From: Leptogorgia sarmentosa | Taxonomy: Eukaryota | NCBI GenBank assembly: GCA_964658305.1 | Contig: OZ210885.1 | Location: 14,074,001 to 14,138,000 of the forward strand | DNA: 64,000 bases | Reading direction: 5' to 3' | Shown: in pieces, positions 37,001 through 49,300 of the stretch | Layout of the letters: every line of letters begins with the position of its first letter | Position numbering within the stretch: position 1 is the stretch's first letter | The notes under the pieces: model-generated | The model's database searches: none | Told to the model about the DNA's origin: nothing | What the model saw: only the letters and a program-made list of their open reading frames with translations | Program-made: the position numbers and the translations under genes

Positions 37001-40000
37001 TTTTGCGATGCTGGTCTTCGCGATATTGTCATCGAATCAAACTTACTTGGTGAAAGCTCGGTTGACCAGATGCTCAAAGGGAAACACTACAACAACGCAA
37101 TGCGAATTCTCAAGTACTTGTACGATGCAATTAAAAGACATATGATTGAAAGCTTCGAACAGTCACTGATTGAACGTACTGGCCATCTCGACATAACTTA
37201 CAAAGAATTGACAGATTCCTTTCATCCCCAACTCAAGACTCACTGGAAAATCTACATGAAAGTCACAAGGAAGTAATAAATCAGATCCATTGTTACCAAA
37301 ATTCTCTTTTAAATGGTTCTCTTGGTCCTACAGCATGCATCTGGTCATCGTTTTTGCAAATGGTGCAAATCTTGCTTGATTTCGCACGATCAATTAAACT
37401 TGGCGATTGGAAACTTCATCTGCAATCAACAGAAAACATGCTGCCTTGGATGTTTGCTTATGACCGTCCGAATTACGCTCGTTTCTTGACGTATTACATG
37501 GTGAACATGCAGAAATTGCCCGAAACCCATCCATCCATCCATCAGCAGTTCCAAGCTGGCCACTTCTCTGTCCGGCGGCAGCAAGGAAAATTCAATAAAA
37601 TACCGTCTGATCAAGCGATCGAGCAGACCATCAATCGAGAACAAAAATGCGCAGGTGGAATTATCGGTTACAGTACGTCTGACGGCACAGTTCAACGATG
37701 GACTCTAACCAGTCACATTGCTGCTAAGTCCCAATCTCGGCTTGAAGAATTCCTTGGAATGTCTGAAAATAAATGCATAACGAAAGATTTGGCCGAAAAA
37801 AGAATCCTGCATGACGAAGAGTGTACACATCGAAGCTATGATCTAATTAAAGAATGGGGAACGCCATTTTGCGAGAATACTCGATTAATACACCTTAGCT
37901 CTGGTCTGGAATGTACTAATGAAGTAGAATCGGATATGGTTGACGCCGAAAAGAAAGGGAAAGAGGCTTCGGTTACCTTCTTAGAGAAGCGCATTGAATC
38001 CAACGAGTTAGACCTATATATTGCAATACCCAAGATGAAGTTGAAAACCTTCGCGTCAATGAAGATGAAGAAGACCTGCTCTATTAAGGAACGAAACATA
38101 ACATTAAGAGCTGACAGAGGGGTCTTTGCACGGCTGCTGGTTATCTGTGGGAAGCGAGAAATTTCATTAAAGGACGTTTTTGCGTATTTGTTGGGACCTA
38201 TTCCTTGGTCGCTAGCCACGTTGGACAGAGGTTTGGCAAAAACGGTTAAATCCAAATTATTAGATGCCGCTGAAAGTGATGTCGATGATGCAACTGTGAG
38301 TGCCCTGCCAGATGAGTGTGTCTGAGTCTTCGATGGGATGGTTATCATTCAACAATTACCTTCCGTGTGTTTGGCAACATTTGGTGACATTTCCGAGTAC
38401 GTCCTGAAAAGAATTACATCTAATTCGTCGAAAGTTATTTACATGGCCACTGATCAATATTACGATTGCTCTTTGAAAGGCAGCGAGCGAAAGCGACGTG
38501 CTTCTGCTGGGAATATCCGCGTACAGATCAATAGGAGAGATCAAAAGCCACTCAAGCAATTTAAGAAGTATCTGAGCGATGGTTCTAACAAAGTCGACCT
38601 TGTAAAATTCCTTCTTCTTGACTGGTCAGACCCAGAACGTTTTAGAGGTGTCATTGTGGACAAGGTCATATTTACGATAGTGGAGTGCAAGGCTTATCGA
38701 TTACAGGTGGTGGAGAATAAGGTTACCTCAACGCCTGAAGAAGACCTTTTTTCTAACCAAGAAGAAGCAGACACGAAGATGTTCCTCTGTTGCCTGCATG
38801 CCATCCGTTATTTCTCTAGCGAAAGTATATGCATTTCTACTGTCGATAGCGATGTTGCCATTCTCGCGATTTATTACAAGAACTATATTCCATGCAATCT
38901 CTTGGTTGAAATTGGAACAAAAGCGAAGAAACGGATTTTATGCATTGCCAGGATTTCCGAAACCATTGGAAAAGAATTGTCAGATGCCCTCCCCGCGTTG
39001 CATGCAGTTAGTGGCTGTGATTCGACCAGTGCATTTTTTGGAATTGGAAAGCAAAAGTTTTACAAAATTGTCAAGAACTCTGATCGATTCAAAGAGGTAT
39101 TGGCACAAATGGGAAGCACCTTCAACTTTGATTTAGATCTCTTTCCAGTATTTCAAGAGATGATTGCTGCATGTTATGGGATTAAGAGCTGTACCAACAT
39201 CAACGAAGCACGCTATCGTAAATTCTGCACAAAAACGAAAGTTCCTGATCCTCAACAACTTCCACCTACCGAGGACGAGTTATTACTCCATTGCAAACGA
39301 GCAAATTACGTCACTTGCATTTGGAAAACTGCACTAGTTGCTAGAATCAACCTTCCACGCCCTACAGAATACGGCTGGGTAGAAACCGATGGTGTATTGG
39401 AAGTAAAGTGGATGAGCCAAAAACCAGCTCCAGATTCGTTGTTAGAGTTTTTGGCGTGTGGATGCAAAAAATCTAAGTGCCAAACTAACGTGTGCATTTG
39501 CGTGGCAAATGGACTGAACTGCACCGATTTGTGCAATTGCAACACATGTGCAAATGGCTTACCAGATGAAGACGACCTCACGAGAAGTGAAAGTATTTAA
39601 TATGGATGATGACGATTAAATTAAGATGATTAAATTTAATTAAACACTTGGTTAGCGTTAGTGTTATGGTTAGATTAAGATAAACAAAGATGAAAGACAA
39701 AAGAAAATAACATTTTATATACAAACAGAGTAGTTCATTCATATATATTTATAATATTTTTAAAGCGCATATTTTTATTTTATGCAAGTGAAATGTTTCT
39801 TTACACGAAGTATCCTGAGAATTCCACCTGCGGTGGTCAAATTATTGCGGGCTCATTTCTTTTTCGCCGCCATTTATAGATTTGTAAACACCGACGTAAA
39901 AAGCAAGCCGTTATTGATGTTCACAAGAAAATTAAGCGAAAACAACATTTGAAACCGCAATCAGGGCATGTCCAAAGACAATATTATGAACGAAAGAATT

Positions 40001-40045
40001 TGCCCCTCGAAAAAGTAAGTAAAAATACCACCACCTCCCCGACTA
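34018..40045 (+). mobile_element. Academ (AcademX-type) DNA transposon, full length, in the last HECT intron
   Basis: Ends TAGTCAGGGAGGTGGTGG / CCACCACCTCCCCGACTA with further imperfect inverted similarity (ACTTACTTTTTCGAGGGGCAAATT); 3-bp TSD ATA; large gene with an XPG-like region and Cys-rich tail. Confidence 0.88.
34405..39600 (+). pseudogene. Academ transposase plus XPG/FEN-like nuclease plus C-terminal Cys cluster, spliced, with a few lesions
   Basis: Two YHRxCY motifs; VWDNND, VLDMAIY, DQAIEQ; XPG-like FDG, EEADT, DSDV, SGCDS; terminal CGCKKSKC..CIC..CTDLCNCNTC. Stops near 34537 and at 38323, frameshift near 37220. Confidence 0.85.
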
Positions 40046-41520
40046 ATAGTGCATGTAATTATTGCAGTATATGATATATATGACGTCTCAAAGACGGTTT
40101 ATAGTGTAAACATATTCATACTTTGGTTTAGGCATGTAGTTATATTTTTTCACTTTTTTCCAGAAAAAGGTGAGACTGGGCTTAAACAGTTCGTGCATTT
40201 CATGACTGGGACAGATGAAATCCCACCACTTGGCATGCCACAGAAGATTGAAGTGTCATTCATGAATCAGTCAAACTTCTTTGCTGAAACATGCATGTTC
40301 GAATTAAAGGTGCCAACTAGCCATGAAGCTTTTCAGGAATTTAACAGTTCATTTTTGATGGCTTGTGCAAACCATAAAGGATTTGGTTCAGTTTAGTCGA
40401 TGACTTACTTACTTACTTAATATTTACACTATATATATATATATATTTATATATATTGTTCATGTTTTTATGTTATGTTAGAAGAGAGAAATTGTAATGT
40501 TCTAATATACAACTCTATACCATAGGTAGTGTTTAGTTCATATGGATTTACTTGCATTTCAAGCTGTTGAAACTGTTCTATAGAAATTGGTAATTCCACA
40601 TTTGGGACTTCTACATTGTTTGATTGGCCAGCTCCCTCACCATTATAGAAGTCAGTGGGTAATGGGCCATCCCAATCTATGCCGAATGTTGCTGCTTCAT
40701 TCTAAAAGACAACAGTGATATTTGATTATATTTTATATTTCGGGAGGATTTTCACAGGCAGATATAGGGGTAATCTGGACAGCCCATTTGTTCATATTTG
40801 CTAGCATGACAATGTAAAGAAAGTTGTACAAGATTACCCAACCGCTCTTTATAATCTCGTACAGTATGAGCAGGGGGCTAATGTTGCAGCTAAGTTGAAT
40901 CACCAGCTATATTGTTACTGAGAAATACTGTACCTACCTCTGTAAATTCTTAAAATGCTGATCCCCTTTCAGAAGTGTTCATCCTTAGTTGTCCCTCAAT
41001 CCATAACGGCATTGGTGACTTGCCCCCAGTACCTGATAAAGTGTGTTCATTCCAAGACTTTATGAACTGGTTCAGGCATTGATTTACACGAGGAATAAAT
41101 ACATAATGCAAAGCAAAGATATGGAGATTATTATCAGGATCGAGTACACCACAGCTCTCCAAGTGATAAAAAAGGTCATAGAATAAACAGACTACTTGGT
41201 AAAAAAGATCCCTCCAAAGCCTCTCTATACGTTGATTGTGTACACTTTTCCCAGTGATCATACTGCTTCTTCCTGGACCTCTATATCTGGATGTGATAAC
41301 ATAAACATAGATACCCCAACGTTTTCTCCACCTTTATCACTCCTTGTTAGGAACGGTTAATATTCTAGATCTGTTAAAGTTAATTAATATGCAGAGCACG
41401 TGCATAAATATGGCAGGCGGAGGGTAGAAGCTAGCGCCAGTGCCGAACTTATTGAGTATTTTATGTTGTAAAGGGAGTAGTTGTAAAAAAAAGGTTAACA
41501 TAATTTGAAAGTTGTTTACA

Positions 41521-41538
41521 TGGTGCCCAACGTGGGGC
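41521..41538 (+). promoter_or_regulatory. Primer-binding site complementary to the tRNA-Lys(CUU) 3' end
   Basis: TGGTGCCCAACGTGGGGC directly follows the 5' LTR; one mismatch to the known Lys1,2 PBS TGGCGCCCAACGTGGGGC. Confidence 0.88.
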
Positions 41539-43353
41539 GCTAGCTTCTTCGAACGACCGAGTAATAATCGAAAATAGTGGTGTTGTTTATTCAGAATTCG
41601 ATACAAGATGAGCGAGACAAATCAAGATTTGAAACGGTTACGAGCTATTCGATCAGGAAATAGGGCAGTAGTCACAAGATATACGAAGGAAGCGATAGAA
41701 TTGTTAAACCAAGGCGATGCGAGGAGTAGAGATCGATTAAGTACGGTAGCGAATCTGTTAAACGATAAAATACAACTACTTAAAGAGCTCGACACCCAAA
41801 TATTAGAGTTATGTGAATTCGACGATATCGAACGCGAGATTGAAGAGACAGAGGAGCTGTTTTCCAGAGCAAGCGATATTACAAGAGAAATTAATAAATT
41901 TACGAGCGGAATTGACAAGATTAACAGCGAATCTGTCACGAAGGTACAAAAAGTCAGCGAGCAAAATACGAATTCGAACGCGAGCGAAGAAGAAATGACG
42001 AATGGCGACGGCAACGATCAACAACAACAACAACAACCGGCGCAAGTAGAAACATCTACGAGCCAACTATCGACAGAAACCGCATTCGTTAACGTGAATG
42101 CACAGTTAGCTAACCATGCAACATCCATTAAATTGCCCAAGCTAGTATTACCGAAATTTCGAGGAGATATTACGAGCTATCGAACATTTTGGGAGAGCTT
42201 TGAAAGCGCTGTGCACAAGAATGTGTATTTAACAAACATAGTTAACTATTTGTTATCGTTGCTCGAAGGGAATGCTCTTCGTGCGATAAAGGGGTTGGCA
42301 GTTACAGACGGTAATTATCAAGCAGCCATTAGTATTTTACAGGAGCGCTTCGGGAAATCGCAGCAAATCATTTCGGCTCATATGGAAGAACTTCTAAAGT
42401 TATCACCTTGTACGGGAGAAAGGTCAACTCAATTACGGTTTGTGTATGATAAAGTAAGCGTTAAAGTTCGAGGGCTGGAAGCACTTGGTGTAAAACCAGA
42501 TCAATATGGGAGTTTACTGATCCCAGTTATTATGTCGAAATTGCCAGCCGACGTCTGACTTCAAATTGCGAGAAATTCCGACAAGGATGTGTGGGAGATA
42601 CAAGAATTATTGGAAGCCATCAGAATGGAAGTGGAAGCTCGTGAGCTAAGCGATCATATGAAGGCCGACGACAGAAATGAAAGAAAACCCAAAATACCGC
42701 CGTGTTTGCCAGGTACCGCTGCTTCATTGACAACTCTAGAGGCATCTGGAAACCCACCAGGAGCAATTACGTGCGCGTACTGTGGACAGATTCATTTTTC
42801 GGCCTCGTGTCAGGTAAAGGTGCAACCGAGTGAAAGAAAGGAAATTTTAAGGCGAGATCGGCGTTGTTTTGTGTGTCTCCGAATTGGTCACCGTGCCAAT
42901 CAATGCGATCCAGCTAAGAAGTGTCGTCGGTGCGGAGGGCGACATCACCAGTCAATTTGCGAGAAGCCTGCACCTAAAATACCTGCAAGCGGTGGGGAGA
43001 AAGGTGGCTCAAAGGAGCAAGAAAGGCCTGAAGGAAATGCGAATAAAGTTCCAACCGTGACAGCGTGCCAAAATTTCACAAGTGTAACAACCCGATCGAA
43101 ATGTAAGGTTCTATTACAAACTGCTACGGCGTATGTATACTCGAAAGGACAAGATGAGTTAGTACCAGTACGAGTGTTGATGGACAGTGGGAGCCAGCGG
43201 TCATATGTGACACAGTCGTTAAAGGAGAGGCTTGGCCTTGAAGCAGAAAGGAGCGAAGTTTTGAATTTAAATACCTTTGGGGACGATAGAGTTGTCAAAC
43301 AAAGATGTGATCGAGTAACTGTCCAATTACAAGGGAAATCAAGGGATATTGGT

Positions 43354-46300
43354 TGTATTGGTATCGTTATATACCCACGTATTTCAACGTGCATGCAAAC
43401 ATAATTACACAAAGAAAACGATAATTACTTAAACAATGTATAAACTTTTATTTCCTTACAATTACCGTCGAATTATTAAGCCTTTTGAGCGGTAAAACAC
43501 TGTGGTGTATTAAACCAAAATTAAAACAAAACGTTTTTTGCACGTTGCCGTCCTATTTACCGTGGGCTCGTCTCCTATCTTATAATAGTAAGTCTGTTAA
43601 TAATAATATAATAGTAAGTCTGTTATCGTATCGAAAGTTCTAATTAACGTCTAAAGTCATACCGACACACCGGGAGGATGGGGTCGATACGATATCGCTT
43701 TTAACAAAACAACAGAATTTTAACGTGTCCGTAATAATCCCAGTCCTAAGTTTCCGTTTTTCAAACATCTTCGTTGTCTCCGTCTTCTCCTTCCACGGGT
43801 ATGAGTAGTGCCAAACGCTGAATGCTCCGCGAAACAGTAACAGCTTCACCGATTCCATAATCTTGCTGACAGTTTCCAACACGAAAGTACTTGTACGTTA
43901 CCAGAACTCGACAGACTTTTCCATCCTGATCAGGAAAAACTTCTTTAACAACTCCAAGACGGTACTCTCCCCGCATCACATTCTTGTCCGATCATAACCA
44001 CGTCACCGGGACGCAAATTTCTTGTATTGACATGCCATTTGTGACAGATAACTAGAGAGGGAGCGTATAGTTGTATCCACTTTTCCCAAAAATCTTCTAC
44101 GGCTGTTTGTACCAATCTATATCTCATCTTCGGACTCTGGCTGTACGTAAAAGGTTGCCATCCTCCAGGATTCTTGGCTGTCGAGCGTCCTAATAGGAGA
44201 CTATTCGGAGTGAACACGTTCAGATCAGAATCGAGGGAAGGCAATGTTCCAATTGGCCTCTCGTTGAGCAAATTCGCAGCTTCAGAGCACACCGTCAGGA
44301 ACTTGGGCACCGTAAGACGACGTTTACCAACCGCGAACACAATCGCTCTCTTGGCTGCTTTCACAAGAGACTCCACTGCCCCTTGGTACCATGGACTATC
44401 TGCTGGTCCGAATTTCCACGTTAGACCATTTTGAAGACCACTCTTGTGTAATTCGCTTCGATCGATCTTATCCCAAGCTTCTTTGAGCTCTCTTTCTGCT
44501 CCGATTAACTGTGAACCGGGATCACTGTAGATGAATTCAGGCCATCCGCGGATACTTGCGAACCGACTGAGCGCAAGGAGAAACGAACTTGTGTCATAAC
44601 CGCAAACTGCTTCAATATGAACCGCTCGGGACACCAAGTCGGTGAAGATGACCCCATACGCTTTCCCACTGGTACGTTTCTGGACCTCACCGCGAACCAC
44701 ATATGGACCGAATAAATCCACCATGGTGTAGGTGAACGGGGGTGCTGGTTTGAGCTGTGCTTCTGGCAACTGTCCCATCTCTTGTTCTCCCAATTTTGCA
44801 TCACGAATCTTGCACAACTGACACTTGCTTTTGACGGTCTGCGCGATCTTGCTTCCTTGTGCGATCCAATACTTTTGTCTAAACCGAGCCAAAGTGGAAT
44901 CCCGTCCTCTATGCACGCATTGCTTATGAGCACGTTCCATGAACAATCGTGTTACTGGATGGTGGGTTGGAAGCAACTTTTGCAACGACGCATCAGGAGT
45001 CATGGGATTGTTATTTTTCAAACGTTGGCCGACCACGTAATAACCATGCTCATCCTTTCCGGGATTCAAAGACGCGTAACGACCGCCCTTTCGTCCCTTC
45101 TGATCAGTTTTCTCAATTTCATCCTTTAGCTCTTTCTGTACATCTTTCACCAACAGATCTTCAGCTTCTCTGAGCAGTTGAGACGTAATGTGTAAGGTGC
45201 TTCCTCCACAGAATGACTTGTGTCTGGCCATGCTGAGAATTCTTGCTACCACCCATATGATCCTGTCTACGTCACTTGACTTCTTGTAATCAATAATCGG
45301 AATCTCGGAAGCAGCTGTCGCTTCCTTTTCTCCAGGAAGAGCTTCGTTCTTTTGGAGTCCAAACTTTAAACCCCACGACTCGATGGGTTGATACTTGATA
45401 GGAGGTCCATTCCACCATTCAGAATCGTTGTTCAGCTCCTCTGGTGCTCTTCCGCGCGTCAACCAGTCCGCTGTATTGTGTTGGCCGGACATCCAGGCCC
45501 AGCAAGTCAGATCTCCTTCAGTTGCTGCTTGGATTTCTCCGATCCGTACGCCTTCCTAAACCTTGAACCGTGTGCTAGTCTTGTGGATCATACTCAAGAC
45601 TGTTTCCGAGTCCACGATTTGCAAAACTCTCTCGAAGTCGAACCTCATTTCTTTCTCGAGGACCTTTCTGCCTCTTTTCGACAGAACGGCTGCGTTTAAC
45701 TCCATCTGAGGGGTAGATAACTTGTTGATTGGAGCAATACGACACTTCGCCATGATCAACCTACACCAGTAGCTTCCATCATCCAATTTCCATCGAATGT
45801 ATGCTGCGAAGCCGTAAGCGAGATCACTACCATCGCTCAAGATTATTAACCAAGGGCGTCCATGACTATTCTCAGGTCGTAAGCATCGCTCTAAGCACAA
45901 GCGCTGAAGTTTGAAAAGAGCAGCGAAGAAATTGGACCACTTGTTGCAAAGTTCTGCTGGAAGTGCATCATCCCATCCGAGGTTGCGGGACCAAGTTTCG
46001 CGTAAGTATATCTTGGCCATTAGTGTAAATGGAGAAATCAGTCCGAGTGGGTCATAAATTTTCATTACCTGCTCCAGAACGTTTCGTCGGGTTACCACAT
46101 TTGGTAATGCTCTTGGGAGGTCGCTCTCTTGTAGGTTTGGACCGGTTCAAACGCCGCGTCTCTTGCTACTGAAATTCAGGGTTACCTCATAGGTGATGAT
46201 GTCTTTCTTCGGATTCCATCCCAGACCGAGCACTCGTAAGTTTTCGTCAGTTCCTTTTAACATTATTAGTCCTTGGTCTGAGCTTTCAACACTCTTTTCT

Positions 46301-49300
46301 GGCAGGTCCAATTTTAACAACTCTTCTTTCACGCGAGGTTGTGTTTCGCCACTGAATTGCCAGCACTTGACGGCAAATCCTCCTTTGGCAAGGATATCCT
46401 CGGCTTCCTTGGCAATCTTTAAAGCGTCGGGTTTACTTGGACGTGAGTCAATCAAATCATCCACGTAACTGGAATATTTTAGGAGATTTGCGGCTTGTGG
46501 ACTATCCTCTCGATACAACTCCGCGGTCTTATATATAGCTTCTGTGCTGATGGCGGGGGCTGGTGTATCGCCCATGTTGACCCGTTGAATTACGTAAACG
46601 TCCGGTGGGCGATGCTGCTGTAAATCTCGCCATAGAAAACGATGACAATGCTGTTCCAAGGCCTTCAAGTAAACTGAGTTGAACATCTTTCGAATATCTC
46701 CGATTAGCGCTACTCTTTCTTCTCTCCAACGTAGGAGGATACCGACCAGATTGTTCATGTAGCTGTCTGGACCTTTTGCGAGACAGGCGTTTAACGAAAC
46801 ACCTTTATGCGTTTGGCTGGAGTTGAACACAATTCTTACGGGCGTAGAATTGGAATGCGGGTTCACGACTGCTAAATGGGAGATATAGAACACAGGGCCA
46901 TTCCAGCTTTTCACTTCTTCGGATGATAGTTTTCTTGCCACACCACGATCGACCATGTCGTCCATTTGGCTCTTATACGTCCTAGCCCATTGGTCATCCT
47001 TTTTATGCGTTCTTTCAGTTCTTTCTAACGTAGCAAGTGCGGTGTGATAATTGTCAGGTAATCTTTGTGGATCTACGAGCCAGGGATAGCTGGTTATCCA
47101 GCGTTGGTTAACTTCGTCATACTCGAGGTTTTCTTGAATCAATTTTAGTTCCTGTTCTTCCTTAAAGGAGTAGGTGTGTCCGACAGTAGGGCACTTATTG
47201 CAGCGACATCCACCGCATTGTGGAGAAATTTCGGTGGCAAGTTCTTCTCCTTGTATGAAATTTTCAACCTGGCTTTCGTCCTTTCGGTGACTATAGGAAC
47301 TCGATACCTAAACAGAACATTCTCCGGTATGATTGGGATGGAACTCTGGATGTGAGTCCAAGCGCGTCTTGTATGTCTCCACTTTCACGTTAACATCGTG
47401 TATTTTCTTTGCGAGATTGGTGTCATATCTTGTTTCTTCGATTAGATCTGGATGGGCGCCTTGGAGGCAAATACCCAATGCTCCATTCATGATGCTTAGA
47501 TTGTCACCACATCTAGCTTCTTCTTGCTTTGGATGGAGCCCGAAGTGCGTTGACTTTCGCTGAAGTGTTTCAGGATCGTATTCTGGGAATAACTTGACCA
47601 GGACTTTAGGATCCAGTTTACTCACTTGTCCTGTAATTCACTCCATACCAAAGGCCGTAATAGTGACTTTCTTTCTTATCACTTGTGTTGATTGGAAACT
47701 CATATTGCCACGTGTTGTACGTTTTCTCGACATTTCCCATAGTTGTCACGTCAAGAGAGAGTTTTTTGACTTTCTTTGCTTTGATTCTCTCTGCAGCACG
47801 ATGAGTGATGTAACTTGCGTTAGAGCCTCCATCACAGAAGACCGACACTTTTTTACCACAATCACTAATGGTCGCTTGGTGGATAGGATATAATGCCATT
47901 GAATCACTTCCGATGGTGTAGGATGCAACTTCCTTGTTCCCATCATCTCCAGATTTCTCCTCGGAGTCTTTGGGGAGCTTTGGTGGGATGCACAGCAGGG
48001 AATGATGTTGGTCACTTCCACATGAAGAACATGGATGTTTCTTGGGGCAGTTGAGCTTCCTATGATTACCAAAACATTTGAAACAAGCATCAATTTGTTT
48101 TAGAAGTTCATATTTTCCTTCTTTCCCGCCAACCGGTAACTTCTGAAACTCTTTGCATTCGGATGTATTGTGACTGATACTGTCCTTTCTGTGAAATGGA
48201 TAGGCACACTTGTAATACTTCTTGGAGGATTGCTTTCCTAACCTTGCATGATAACCTTGTACATGTTGCTTTCTTCGTTCGTATTTTGGCAATTCATTTC
48301 TCCTTAACTTTGGTTGATATTCTGCCATTCGAGAGACTGCTTCCCGTTCGCCTTCGAGGAAATGCATGAAAGGGATGAAAGGGTGTATCTTTTCACTGGC
48401 CGTGAGGTCCCTATACCTTCTCCGCCATTCTACTTTCAAATGACATGGTAGCAGTTCGGTGACGAAATCAACATCTCTTAACGTCAAAGTATTCAGATTT
48501 CCTAACTCTTCCAATTGACTATACGCTGATTCTACTTCGTCTACAAGCTCTACCAAGCCTTTGTAATCATCTGTCAGTACGGCTTTAATCTTATGTAAAC
48601 CTTCTAGTGCAGCTTGTACACTTGCACCAACATCTTCATAGAAACTTTCTAACTTCTGCCACATGACATTGTATGCTTCCGGTTTGGTGACATAGACGGA
48701 TCTTATTCGTCGACTTGCCTCACCTTTTACCGATTTTTTAAGCTCATGGGCCAGAGCGGTCTTATTTTGATATGCTGTCTCAGCGACTGATTTCCAAATC
48801 GCTTTGAACTCTGGCCACTCTTTGCGGTTACCACTGAATGTTGGCAAAGCCATTTTCTTTACCTGGACGTGAGAATTGAAACCCAGTGGATTAGGGCTGT
48901 GGTGAGGTGTAGGTTGTGGACCAACTGAGGGGATTGGGACTGTGCTGGGGTTGACCAAATATGTCTCCCTCGCATTGGGCGTGGAATAAGTCACCGGTAG
49001 TTGACGTGGGTTCCATGTTGATGGGCTAGTAGAAGGAGTACTTGAGGGCACACTGTTTAAGTACATACTTTGGGGTGGTGGTCGGGGGGTGTTGTGGTAT
49101 GGATTGGTGTTACTGAAATTTTGCTGTGATGTTGCTTGGGTTATACTCGTGCCAAGGTGGGGTTGGGTGTTGCTTGGGTATTGGTGTAAACCAATCGAAT
49201 TTGGCAGGTAACTTGATGTGGAATTGACAGGTGGGGACCAATAGACTGGGGCGGTGCTGGTGCCCAAGTGGTGGGGTGGGTTGATTGTAGATGGATTGAT

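Larger units (their letters stand above)
26032..40396 (+). pseudogene. Spliced CUE-like plus HECT E3 ubiquitin ligase gene (G2E3-like HECT), one exon interrupted by a MITE
   Basis: GT-AG exons 26032-26685, 30976-31080, 31263-31395 (IDELRNIFPD..GNVEEAINILL), 31823-32331 (VCFEGEAGIDAGGLSREF..GKMISY), 32560-33460 minus the MITE (MDQFCKGLKTLG) and 40164-40396 (FMTGTDEIPPLG..AETC..LKVP..GFGSV*). Phases are consistent from 30976 onward. Confidence 0.85.

Noticed and set aside
37836..38348. Antisense ORFs over the transposase and pol genes (this one and many similar)
   Set aside because: Shadow frames of real coding sequence, with no recognisable motifs.
26032..40396. Calling the HECT gene host G2E3
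   Set aside because: No PHD/RING fingers are seen, an exon is disrupted by a MITE, and it is tightly paired with a transposase, so no symbol is assigned.
40938..41339. Bacterial IS3 contamination
   Set aside because: The gene has GT-AG introns and is interleaved with eukaryotic elements.
41521..41538. tRNA gene
   Set aside because: Only an 18-nt complement of a tRNA 3' end, that is, a PBS.
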